Assembly (NCBI GenBank): GCA_049320885.1
Contig: JBMORA010000018.1
Span: 1-64,000, forward strand
Source: Thermodesulfobacteriota bacterium
GTDB taxonomy: Bacteria > Desulfobacterota > Desulfobacteria > Desulfobacterales > SURF-7
Direction: 5' to 3'
DNA length: 64,000 bases
This document shows, one piece after another, positions 8,931-18,114 of this stretch. Each line of letters starts with the position of its first letter. Positions within the stretch are counted from its first letter, which is position 1. The notes below the pieces were generated by a model. The model had not been told where the DNA came from, did no database searches, and saw nothing but the letters and a program-made list of their open reading frames with translations. The translations under genes were made by a program, and so were the position numbers.

Positions 8931-11021
8931 GTGACAGTAGCCGTATTATTCATGTTGGGACTGGGTGTCGCCTGCGGCGCCATTCTGGCTGTCGCAGCCA
9001 AAGTTTTTTACGTCTTCGAGGACCCGCGGATCGCCGTCGTGGAGGGCCTCATGGCGGGAGCCAACTGCGGCGGATGCGGATTTGCCGGATGCTCGGCAGC
9101 GGCGGCGGCCGTCGTCAACGGCGAGGCGCCGCCCAATGTCTGTATCGTATCCGGTCCCGAGGCCGCTCAGCAGGTCGCGGCCGTCATGGGAATGGCCGTC
9201 GGCGCATCGGAGGCCCTGATTTCCAGGAATGAATGCAGCGGCGGTGATCGGGCCGATGACAAATTCATTTACATGGGTATCCCCACCTGCCGCGCCATGG
9301 CCTCCCTTTCCGGCGGCCGGCGCGTCTGCCGTGTCGGGTGCATCGGCCTGGGAGACTGCATCAAGGCCTGCGCCTTTGATGCCGTCAAAATGGGCCCCGA
9401 CGGCTATCCGGTGGTGGATGAGGCCAAATGCGTCGGCTGCGGCGCCTGTGAAAAAATCTGCCCCAAAAACATCATCCAGGTCCGCAGCATGTCCGAAAGG
9501 CTCCTGACCTTCAATCATACCGAAGCGGCCATGGCGCCCTGCGCCCAAACCTGCCCGGCTGAGATCGACATTCCACGCTATATTCGGCAGATCAAGGAAG
9601 GGGATTATGCCGCCGCCGTTCAGACGATTCGGGAACGCAATCCCCTGCTGCTGTCCTGCGGACGGGTCTGCCCCCACCCGTGCGAAGACAAATGCCGCCG
9701 GGGAATCGAGGATGAAGCCGTTTCCATCAACCAGCTCAAACGGTTTGCGGCCGATTATGAAATGAACAGCGGACGGCGCCTGCCCATCGCCTGCGCCCCG
9801 GATACCGGGAAAAAAGTGGCCGTGATCGGCGGCGGTCCCGCCGGATTGAGCTGCGCCTATTTCCTCCGGAGGCTCGGCCACAGCGTCACCATTTTCGAAA
9901 TGATGCCCAAGCTGGGCGGCATGATCCGGTACGGCATCCCCGAATACCGCCTGCCCAAAAAAGTCCTCCAATGGGAAATCGACGGCATTCTGAACCTGGG
10001 CGTGGAGGCCCATACCAACGTGAAACTCGGCTGCGATTTCGATCTGGCCTCCCTGGTGGCCTCCGGTTACGACGCCATTTTTCTCGGCATCGGCGCCTGG
10101 AAGGATTATAAAATGCGCATTGAGGGCGAGGATTTGAAAGGCTGCTATACCGGCATTGATTTCCTAACGCGGTTTTCCCGGCACCAGCAGGGCGACAGTG
10201 ATGTCAGCGTACCCATCGGCCGCAAATGCGCCGTGGTCGGCGGCGGCAATACCGCCATCGATTGTGTCCGCACCTTGATCCGCCTGGGCGCCGAGGAGGT
10301 TTCCATCGTTTACCGGCGCAGCCGCAAGGAAATGCCGGCCAATCTGGTGGAAATCGAGGCCGCCGAGCACGAAGGCGTCAAATTCCATTTCCTGGCCGCG
10401 CCCAACCGGGTTATCGGCAATGCCGACGGCCATGTCACCGGATTGGAATATCAACGCATGGAACTTGGTGAACCGGATGCCAGCGGTCGCAGGAGGCCGG
10501 TGCCGGTGCCGGGTTCGGAAACCGTGCTCGAAGTGGACATGCTGGTGACCGCCATCGGCCAGGGACCGGATATCGCCTTCAAGGACAAGGAAACCGGCAG
10601 GCGCCTCGCCGAACTGGAAACCTCCCGGTGGGATACCATCCAGTTCACCGATCCGGAAACCCTGCAGACCAACATCCCGTACATCTTCACCGCGGGCGAC
10701 GCAGCCACCGGCGCCTCCCTCGTGGTGGAAGCCATCGGCGGCGGTCGCCGGGCGGCTCGGTCCATCCATCTGTATCTGAATAATATGCCCATCACGCCGG
10801 TGCCCAATTCCCTGTTTAAAACCCATATTCCCGGCACCATTTTTGAGTCCGTCCCCGGCGTCGGCAAAAAGAAGCGGACCCCCATGCCGGAATTGCCGGT
10901 CCAGGAGCGGATCAAAAACTTCGCCGAGGCCGACCTGGTTATCAGCGAAACGGACGCCAGGTACGAAGCCGGACGCTGTTTGGATTGCTGTCGGATTTGT
11001 TACAACCAGGACGCGGCATAA
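8931..11021 (+). CDS. rnfB: RnfB fused to a GltD/SudA/NfnL-like FAD/NAD(P) oxidoreductase
   Basis: N-terminal TM, GANCGGCGFAGC and polyferredoxin motifs, then APCAQTCP/CGRVCPHPCE clusters, GGGPAG FAD loop, GGGNTA...YRR nucleotide site; GTG start with AGGAGG RBS. Confidence 0.92.
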   Translation: MTVAVLFMLGLGVACGAILAVAAKVFYVFEDPRIAVVEGLMAGANCGGCGFAGCSAAAAAVVNGEAPPNVCIVSGPEAAQQVAAVMGMAVGASEALISRNECSGGDRADDKFIYMGIPTCRAMASLSGGRRVCRVGCIGLGDCIKACAFDAVKMGPDGYPVVDEAKCVGCGACEKICPKNIIQVRSMSERLLTFNHTEAAMAPCAQTCPAEIDIPRYIRQIKEGDYAAAVQTIRERNPLLLSCGRVCPHPCEDKCRRGIEDEAVSINQLKRFAADYEMNSGRRLPIACAPDTGKKVAVIGGGPAGLSCAYFLRRLGHSVTIFEMMPKLGGMIRYGIPEYRLPKKVLQWEIDGILNLGVEAHTNVKLGCDFDLASLVASGYDAIFLGIGAWKDYKMRIEGEDLKGCYTGIDFLTRFSRHQQGDSDVSVPIGRKCAVVGGGNTAIDCVRTLIRLGAEEVSIVYRRSRKEMPANLVEIEAAEHEGVKFHFLAAPNRVIGNADGHVTGLEYQRMELGEPDASGRRRPVPVPGSETVLEVDMLVTAIGQGPDIAFKDKETGRRLAELETSRWDTIQFTDPETLQTNIPYIFTAGDAATGASLVVEAIGGGRRAARSIHLYLNNMPITPVPNSLFKTHIPGTIFESVPGVGKKKRTPMPELPVQERIKNFAEADLVISETDARYEAGRCLDCCRICYNQDAA

Positions 11022-11024
11022 AAA

Positions 11025-11050
11025 TAATTACGAATTGGGGATTACGAATG
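11025..11050. repeat. Heptamer-based repeat copy 1 (TAATTACGAATTGGGGATTACGAATG)
   Basis: AATTACG/AATTGGG units directly after the rnfB stop; inverted relative to copies 2 and 3. Confidence 0.85.
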
Positions 11051-11126
11051 ATGGTACAAGAGGTGAGTCGGGCATAGCTTCCACCCGTTTGTATTGGCGC
11101 CGTAAGGCGTTTCCCTCCCAGCACAC

Positions 11127-11170
11127 AAAAAAAGCCCGGCCCGCGCAATGCGCGGCCGGGCTTACATTTT
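11127..11170. terminator. Probable bidirectional intrinsic terminator
   Basis: GC-rich hairpin AAGCCCGGCC...GGCCGGGCTT with an A-tract on the left and a T-rich tail, between convergent genes. Confidence 0.75.
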
Positions 11171-11251
11171 AAACAGGCCAATCGATCAATGAAATCTCGA
11201 TAAGGCTGTTACTTGTTAATCAGTTCCGAAATACAATTGACCACCATCCCT

Positions 11252-11284
11252 CATTCGTAATTCGTAATTCCCAATTCGTAATTA
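11252..11284. repeat. Heptamer-based repeat copy 2
   Basis: CATTCGTAATTCGTAATTCCCAATTCGTAATTA, including the stop codon of the minus-strand gene. Confidence 0.85.
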
Positions 11285-12604
11285 TTCTAGCGCCGTTTCC
11301 GGGTGAAATACCCAGACATCCTTCAGATCATCGCCAAGGTAGGCGCGCTCATTGGGACCGAGAATCCCCAGGGAAAGCGCCAACAGGGTCCAGATGTGCA
11401 CTACTCCGTAATGCCCTTCATAATGCTCGCTCAGCTCATGAATCTGGGCGTGGCAGTTGTGACATCCGGCGATGCAGTACGTCGCGCCTGTCGCTTTGAT
11501 CTGCTCGTCCTTGATCTTGCCGTAGGCCAGGCGCTCGTCCTTGAATCCGGATTGGAGGAAACCGCCGCCGCCGCCGCAACAGAAATTGTTGGACTTGTTG
11601 GGCTGCATGTCGACGAAATTTTCCTCGCCTACGATGCTTTTGACCACAAAGCGCAGATCATCGGCAATGCTGTCGCCGAAACTCTTGCGGACGATCTGGC
11701 AGGGATCCTGGACCGTGAACTTGATTTTCAGGTCCTTGTTCCAGTCGGGATTCGGCTTCAGCCGGCCTTCCCGGATCCACTTGGCATAGTATTCATAAAT
11801 GTTCTTGACTTCGAAGGTGTGGGGGATGTTGAATTTTTTCAGTCCGGCCCGGACTGCGAATGTCACGTGCCCTCACTCGGTATTGAGGTACGTCTTGCAC
11901 CCCAGTTCCTCCACTTGCCTGGCTTTCACCCGAACAATTTTCTCCCAGTTCTCATTGTCGGCGATGAACAAGCAATAGTTTTCTCCTCCCCACCCTTTGC
12001 TGCCGTAAGTCCAGTTGACGCCGGCCAGATGCAAAATTTTCCAGAGCGGAACCATTTCATCCGGCTCCGTCACCGGTTCGCGGGAATTCTGGTTCAGGAA
12101 AAACTCGGCCCCCTCCTTGTCGACGGGCGCTTCCATGTCCTTGAACTCCGGCTGAATTTCCCGGTATTCGTTCAGCACATCCTCCACCACATAGGTAAAG
12201 TCGTCCGGAGAAGTGCCCATGGCGCTGCAACTTTCATTCCGGAGCGCCATATCGCAGGAGCCCAGGATGCCCTTGGGCCGTTGATCCCTGGGGCGCAATT
12301 GCCGCGCATTGAAAACCAGCTGCGGAATATCAATCTTCATGGGGCATACATATATGCACCGCTGACACATGGTGCACATCCACGGCCAGTTCGACGCGGC
12401 GATCTCATCGTCCATTCCCAGGGCTGCCATGCGCAGAAACTTCCTCGGATCCAACCCGGCCAAACCGGTTGCAGGACAACCCGATGCGCAGGCGCCGCAG
12501 GTCAGACAGGCATTCAGATTCCCGCCTTCCGGCAACAGCGCCTTCACCTTGTCTAAAAATATGCTTTGTTTCTTTCCGCCGATCTTTATTGCCTCATCAG
12601 CCAT
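11282..12604 (-). CDS. HdrD/DsrK/TmcB-like (Fe-S)-binding CCG-domain oxidoreductase, probable selenoprotein (Sec TGA at 11873-11875)
   Basis: ORFs 11873..12670 and 11282..11866 share a frame and join as YLNTE-TGA-GHVTF (family motif ECGH); two [4Fe-4S] motifs, DPC, CCGGGGG and CHNC; ATG 12604 with AGGAGG RBS; hairpin after the TGA. Confidence 0.9.
11840..11856 (-). promoter_or_regulatory. Candidate bacterial SECIS hairpin
   Basis: On the minus strand CAGTCCG-GGC-CGGACTG, a perfect 7-bp stem starting 16 nt after the in-frame UGA, with a G-rich loop. Confidence 0.75.
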
Positions 12605-12836
12605 ATGGTGTTTCCCTCCTGAAATGATATATACACCGTCTTCGGCAATGCCAGCGCTGCCAGCATGCAATCCGGTGAATGGTCACCATAGCATTTTCGC
12701 CGCCCATTTGGAAGCGAAGAAAATTTATTTCAGATTACATTACCCAAAACCGTTTTCAAGTCAATGCAATTTTAAAATTTACAGACCGGAGCTGACAGCT
12801 GAAAGCTCGCAGGAACAGCAGAAACCGGAACTCCAC

Positions 12837-12869
12837 CATTCGTAATTCCCAATTCGTAATTCGTAATTA
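12837..12869. repeat. Heptamer-based repeat copy 3
   Basis: CATTCGTAATTCCCAATTCGTAATTCGTAATTA, same orientation as copy 2. Confidence 0.85.
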
Positions 12870-12882
12870 TCTTTCCCACCAC

Positions 12883-12911
12883 TTGACACAAGCTCTGCGC
12901 TCGCCTATAGT
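12883..12911 (+). promoter_or_regulatory. sigma70-type promoter for the ExeA-family ATPase gene
   Basis: TTGACA-N17-TATAGT. Confidence 0.65.
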
Positions 12912-12977
12912 CTCTTAAATTTATTCGGCAGGTTACGTGCAAGAGCGGCCAATCCGGCAAGGGGGAGTGACCACACC

Positions 12978-14102
12978 ATGTACAAATCTTTTTACGGTTT
13001 TACGGAAAAGCCCTTTCACATCGTCCCCAATCCCCAGTTCCTGTTCATGAGCCAGAAACACCAGAACGCCCTGACCTATCTGGAATACGGTCTCGTGGAG
13101 CGGACGGGATTCGTCACCCTGACCGGCGAAATCGGCACGGGTAAGACCACGCTGATCCGGTATATCCTGGATCGCATGGAGCCGGACATGGAAGTGGCCG
13201 TCATCTTCAATACCAATGTTTCCTCGGACCAGATCATCAACCTGATCCTCCAGGAATTCGAGATTGAACCGCTCCCGGGGAACAAGGCCAAATCCCTGGA
13301 CCTGTTTTACAAATTTCTCATCGACCGCTATGCCCGGAAAAAACGCGTGCTGCTGGTCATCGATGAAGCCCAGAACCTGTCCCGGGAAGCCCTGGAAGAA
13401 ATCCGGATGTTGTCCAATCTCCAGAGCGACGAGGAAATGCTCCTGCAAATCATGCTGGTGGGACAACCGGAACTGAGAGACAAACTGCGGTCCCCGGCCC
13501 TCACCCAGTTTGCCCAGCGCATCGCCGTGAGCTATCATCTGTCGCCGCTCACCCGGGAAGAAACCGGCAGCTATATCGCCCATCGGCTCAAGAAAGCCGG
13601 AGGGGATGAGCATACATTCGCCGAAGACGCCGTGGATCTCATCCATCAGGCCGCCGGCGGCATTCCTCGGACCATCAACCTGCTATGCGACGCAGCCTTG
13701 GTGTATGGCTTCGCCGATGAGTTGAAACACATCGAAAGACCGGTAATCGAGCAGGTGATTCAGGACAAGGGCGGGATGGGTCTGTTCCTGGAGGAAGGCG
13801 GCCGGGATGAGAGCTCACCGCTTCCGGCCGGCGAATCGGCAAACAGCGTCCTTGAAAAACGCGTCGAACGCCTGGAAACCGGCCTGGCCGAATTGCGGCT
13901 GCAGGTGGAATGGAAGATGGAACAGTTGACCGATATTGCCGATGGCTATAAAGACCAGGTGGTCCATAAACTCCAGCGCCTGCTCATGATGGAAAAAAAG
14001 CGCAACGATATGCTGCTGATCGCCTATGGGAAGTTGAAAGAACGGCTGCAGGGGTTGAAAACATCGGAGAAGCCGTCAACGGAGGAAGACGGTAATTCAT
14101 GA
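12978..14102 (+). CDS. ExeA-family AAA ATPase (PEP-CTERM/exosortase-system associated)
   Basis: MYKSFYGFTEKPF start, Walker A GEIGTGKT, Walker B IDEAQNL, LVGQPEL, GIPRTINLLCD; coiled-coil C-terminus. Confidence 0.9.
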   Translation: MYKSFYGFTEKPFHIVPNPQFLFMSQKHQNALTYLEYGLVERTGFVTLTGEIGTGKTTLIRYILDRMEPDMEVAVIFNTNVSSDQIINLILQEFEIEPLPGNKAKSLDLFYKFLIDRYARKKRVLLVIDEAQNLSREALEEIRMLSNLQSDEEMLLQIMLVGQPELRDKLRSPALTQFAQRIAVSYHLSPLTREETGSYIAHRLKKAGGDEHTFAEDAVDLIHQAAGGIPRTINLLCDAALVYGFADELKHIERPVIEQVIQDKGGMGLFLEEGGRDESSPLPAGESANSVLEKRVERLETGLAELRLQVEWKMEQLTDIADGYKDQVVHKLQRLLMMEKKRNDMLLIAYGKLKERLQGLKTSEKPSTEEDGNS

Positions 14103-14215
14103 TGAATGCCGGCCTTCTGCAATCATGTCTCGAAGCGAGAGTCCCTTCAGGGATTGGTCTTCACGAAATTTGCGCAACTCACGAATCGTCTGTTCAGGCG
14201 ACCTCTTTATGGATG
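14097..14215 (-). pseudogene. Possible remnant of a Phd/YefM-type antitoxin C-terminus
   Basis: Reads PEQTIRELRKFREDQSLKGLSLRDMIAEGRH, resembling antitoxin C-termini; no intact N-terminal domain. Confidence 0.45.
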
Positions 14216-14244
14216 AGCTCTTTCGTAATTCAATCAAAATAGTT

Positions 14245-15078
14245 TCAGCTGCCGCTACCGTACAAATATTTGTCTTTCTCCGAGAGTCTCTGTTTGTTGA
14301 GCACGAATCCCAGCATTTTTTCATGGGGTATCAGTTCCATGGCCTTGGTCACATCCCGCATGGAGGTCTTGCCTTCTTCAACAACGACGATAATCCCATC
14401 CACCAATGGGGCAAAGGCAATGGTGTCGGCGCCGGTCAAAATCGGCGGGGTATCGAAAATGACATAGCGGTCGTCATACCGGTGCTTCATTTCCTCCACG
14501 ATCGCCTTCATGCGCGGCGACCCCAGCAGCTCCGCGCTGTCCTTGATGGTTCGCCCCCCGGAAATCACGGTCATTTTATCGATCCCCGGCCAGATGATAA
14601 TATCCTTCATGGGGCGGTCGTCCATCAAATAATCCGCGAGCCCCTTGTCGCTGCGAATTCCGAGATAGTGGTGAATCATCTGCTGCCGCAGATCGCAATC
14701 CACCAGTAGCACCGTCTGGCTGAAGGCCTTGGCAAACGTTAGCGCCAGGTTGATGGCGGTAAGAGTCTTTCCTTCCCTTGGCTGGACGCTCGTGATCATG
14801 ATGGCGTTCCAGCCCTGCTCCTTTGTTCGGTGCTCCACCTGGGTGCGTAGGATCTTATAAAAATCGATTTCCGGAGAGTCGGGGAACATTCCCACGCAGC
14901 GGTTCTGTTCCAGAATCATCGGGTCCACCATCACATGAGCGGATTCCGAATAGGTGGGAGGCTTCCAATCCCCATCCGGAATGCGGGTGGTCTGAACGCG
15001 CTGTTCCTGTGTTTCGGTTCCATCTCCGTCCCCCTGCCTGGCCTGTTTGGCCTTCTCGAGCGCTTTTTGTAGTTTCAT
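14245..15078 (-). CDS. Polysaccharide biosynthesis tyrosine autokinase (CpsD/CapB family)
   Basis: TSVQPREGKT Walker A, LLVDCDLR, IFDTPP, GFVLN, Tyr residues near the C-terminus. Confidence 0.92.
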   Translation of the reverse strand: MKLQKALEKAKQARQGDGDGTETQEQRVQTTRIPDGDWKPPTYSESAHVMVDPMILEQNRCVGMFPDSPEIDFYKILRTQVEHRTKEQGWNAIMITSVQPREGKTLTAINLALTFAKAFSQTVLLVDCDLRQQMIHHYLGIRSDKGLADYLMDDRPMKDIIIWPGIDKMTVISGGRTIKDSAELLGSPRMKAIVEEMKHRYDDRYVIFDTPPILTGADTIAFAPLVDGIIVVVEEGKTSMRDVTKAMELIPHEKMLGFVLNKQRLSEKDKYLYGSGS

Positions 15079-15145
15079 GTCCTTATTATCTCCCTAACTT
15101 TGAATTCAGCAGGGCAACAACGTATCGTTGAACAATTTTTACCTG

Positions 15146-16720
15146 TCACATCAATTGAAACTTACGCATTATCTTGGCCCAAAAGACATCAAGATCCATG
15201 ATAAATATATGAAATAATGTGATAGTGATAATAATGGAACAAAAAACAACCGCAACCACAGTGACATTTTTTATTTTCCGGAGTTTTAAATCTCTTTTGG
15301 TCACTATCAATGGGATACCTGATAATACAGGAAATTTTGTGGCATTTGAAACACTCATTGAGTTGTGAATGGAGTCGTCTGAGAATTCTATCAAGGAAGC
15401 AAAACCCGCCCCGACTCCTAATCCAAATATAATCCCGATCAATATTATCGCAACACGATTTGGCTTGAATGGCCTTTCCGGGAATCTTGCTGGATCGATG
15501 AGCGTAAATCTCTCGCCTTTCTGTTCTTTCTCAAGCCCATGGGCAACTCGCGCTTCCATCATCTTGCGCATTAAGTCATCATACTTTGCCTTACTATTGT
15601 TTCTTTCTGTAATAAGTTCATTATAGGCGCCCTCAATTCTTGAAGTTGTCCCAATTCTCAGATTGTATTGATTTATTTTTTCTCTTGTTGTTTTTATCTG
15701 GCGGCTAATGGAATCTATCTCAGCCTGCGTACTGGCGAGTTGCGATGAAAGCGTTACATAAGCGGGATTATCTGGACGAACCGAATTACTGTTTGGCGAT
15801 TCCGCCTTTTTTTTCAATCGCTTTTCAAGCTCTTCGATTTCCATTTTCATTTTAATGATATCTGGATATTCATTCGAAAATTTACTTTGAAGAGCGATCA
15901 ATTGCACCCTCAAGTCTTCAAGCCTCCTTTGATCCGTATCAAAGGTTTTACTTGGTGAAAGAGCGGCGACTTGGGCTTGCAGATACCCCTCTCGCTCTTT
16001 GACCATTCTCATTTGCTCATTCAAGCGGTCAATACTGGTTTCCAAGTTATTCACTGTCTGCAAATTAACATTTAACATTTCAGGGAGTTCATTTATATGT
16101 GTTTCTTTAAAAGCAGAAATTTTTGCATCCACAGCCTCAATATCCGCTTTGACTTTTTCCATTTCATCTTCCAAAAACTCCGAGGCTTCCATCGTTTGAC
16201 GTTCTCTAGCCTTTAGGTTTTCCTGCAAAAAAAAGGACGCCAAATCATTTGTTACTTGTTGGACTTTATTCGGATTTTTCCCTTCGTAAGATAGGGTGAA
16301 TGCAATGGTTGGGATAGCCTTTACGCCAGTTCTGGGATTTATCACTTCCGCACTGATTTTTTCGAACTTAATATCCTCCCGCATTTTGCCGATTATTTCC
16401 TCTGTAGTCCATTTATCTTTCAATTCGGGATAGAGTGACAAACGATTAATCAGGTCCAGTAGCCGCGTCGAACTCATTATCTGTTGATTTATGGACTGCA
16501 GCCGTTGATCGACATAGCTTGTAACCGTTGCCATTACGAAATCTTTAGGAATTTCCTGCTCCTCTATTAGAATGGTGGCGCTTGATTTATAGTAATTCGG
16601 AAGTGATAGCCCCACTATTAAAAATATAATAAAAACAATTCCGGCTGGAAGTATCAGGCTCCATTTCCGCCGCTTGACAATTTGGATTAAGTCAGACGGG
16701 GTAATGTTATTTCCCTCCAT
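15146..16720 (-). CDS. Polysaccharide chain-length determinant / co-polymerase (Wzz/GumC/Wzc-N family)
   Basis: Two terminal TM regions around a long coiled coil; YPD and IDPARFPERPFKPNR motifs; ATG 16720 with AAGGAG RBS. Confidence 0.9.
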   Translation of the reverse strand: MEGNNITPSDLIQIVKRRKWSLILPAGIVFIIFLIVGLSLPNYYKSSATILIEEQEIPKDFVMATVTSYVDQRLQSINQQIMSSTRLLDLINRLSLYPELKDKWTTEEIIGKMREDIKFEKISAEVINPRTGVKAIPTIAFTLSYEGKNPNKVQQVTNDLASFFLQENLKARERQTMEASEFLEDEMEKVKADIEAVDAKISAFKETHINELPEMLNVNLQTVNNLETSIDRLNEQMRMVKEREGYLQAQVAALSPSKTFDTDQRRLEDLRVQLIALQSKFSNEYPDIIKMKMEIEELEKRLKKKAESPNSNSVRPDNPAYVTLSSQLASTQAEIDSISRQIKTTREKINQYNLRIGTTSRIEGAYNELITERNNSKAKYDDLMRKMMEARVAHGLEKEQKGERFTLIDPARFPERPFKPNRVAIILIGIIFGLGVGAGFASLIEFSDDSIHNSMSVSNATKFPVLSGIPLIVTKRDLKLRKIKNVTVVAVVFCSIIITITLFHIFIMDLDVFWAKIMRKFQLM

Positions 16721-16769
16721 AATTGTCTCCTTTTCTAAGCTGTTCACCCGATGAGACCTATAAGCATTT

Positions 16770-18074
16770 TTATTTCAACATCTCGTAATTATATGATAAT
16801 TTAATGTATATACTGCTTCTATTTACGGTTTGAGATTTCAGCTTATCCAAAATTTTCGTATATCCGCATGCGCCCTCGAGCGCAAGCTTGGTAGAAAAGC
16901 TATACTGTAGCGTCGGAATAATACTGAATGTATCCTCATTAATATTATTTGTCGCAAGTTCGAAGGCATTGGCTTTATTTGAATAATAAATAATGTATAG
17001 ATATCCAAAAAATTCATAGGTAAAACGACGAGATACCATTAGTTTAAAATTTTCCCTCTGAGTAGCGCCATTTCTGCCACTTGCGGGTTTAACATCATAT
17101 GAATAAGACAATTGGGAAAATATTTTTTCCCCTTGATACGATATAGCGGTTTGCCCGACCCAGCCCGTTTGCTCATAGGCATTTTCAACCGTTTTATATT
17201 GGTAACTTATCGGATCGAATTGGATATCTGTAAAAACTGTTCTAGTATGTAGAATTCCCAAATTGAGAGCAAAAACCATCTTCTCGTTCATTCCCCATTT
17301 TGCATTTCCCATAACATAGTTTTGATCTAACTTTTGGTTTGAAAATGAGTACTTCGCGGAGCTTACCGTTAATTGGCCCAACAGATTCGGAATATACAGG
17401 GATAAATCACGGCTGGCCGTCAGGAAAATACTGTGAGCTTTCAGATCGCTAACAGATTCGTTGAGCAGATCTTCTTCATCATAATCGTCCTGCTCATACA
17501 CATAGGAAATATTTCCGGAGGTGATTTCTGAAAATTGATAATCACAAAGCAGATTGCCATAGTAGCGTTTGCGGTCAAGGTTTCCCAGTAGGATGCCGCT
17601 TGATTCCAAATCGCGATCCGGTTTCGAATCTTCCACAAATTTCGCTTCCGATGCAATAGAAAACTTGGGGCTGAAACGATAATCCATACTGCCCATATAA
17701 TTCTGATCCACTGCATCAAGATCTTTGTTCTCCCCGTATATGCGGAAATCGATATTCCCTAATAGTTCAACATTCGCTTTTTCTGTCCTTTCTGTCAGCT
17801 CAAGACCTGGAGAAAGAGTGGTTATCGCATCCTTGTTTTTATCCGTCGAGCTCCAAAAAATATTATCAACATATTCCTCCTTCATGTTGATGGAAGGTGT
17901 AAATTGGAAATCATCACCCCACGCGGGAATAGCTGTTAAAAGAGTATAAAAAACGGGTCCAATGATCGCCCGGCAATAAAATTGTAATATTTTCTTCCAT
18001 TTAAATCGAAATTTTCTACGGAAAAAAAAAGTCGGCTTTTGACTGCAACTATTTGTTCTGATTGTGAGTCTCAA
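16770..18074 (-). CDS. Outer-membrane beta-barrel protein of an EPS export locus
   Basis: FTPSINMKEEYVDNIF...DAITTLSPGL start of the barrel, amphipathic aromatic-rich strands; start codon uncertain (TTG 18074 chosen). Confidence 0.75.
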   Translation of the reverse strand: MRLTIRTNSCSQKPTFFFRRKFRFKWKKILQFYCRAIIGPVFYTLLTAIPAWGDDFQFTPSINMKEEYVDNIFWSSTDKNKDAITTLSPGLELTERTEKANVELLGNIDFRIYGENKDLDAVDQNYMGSMDYRFSPKFSIASEAKFVEDSKPDRDLESSGILLGNLDRKRYYGNLLCDYQFSEITSGNISYVYEQDDYDEEDLLNESVSDLKAHSIFLTASRDLSLYIPNLLGQLTVSSAKYSFSNQKLDQNYVMGNAKWGMNEKMVFALNLGILHTRTVFTDIQFDPISYQYKTVENAYEQTGWVGQTAISYQGEKIFSQLSYSYDVKPASGRNGATQRENFKLMVSRRFTYEFFGYLYIIYYSNKANAFELATNNINEDTFSIIPTLQYSFSTKLALEGACGYTKILDKLKSQTVNRSSIYIKLSYNYEMLK

Positions 18075-18114
18075 GCGTTTCCTTAATTGTATAGACGATA
18101 GTAGAACAGTATAA

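Noticed and set aside
11873..11875. Reading the split Fe-S gene as a pseudogene or two separate genes
   Set aside because: Same frame, the TGA falls on a conserved Cys position and a SECIS-like hairpin follows; Sec readthrough is more parsimonious
11025..12869. CRISPR array interpretation of the ~30 bp repeats
   Set aside because: Only three copies, mixed orientation, irregular spacing, internal 7-nt periodicity and no cas genes
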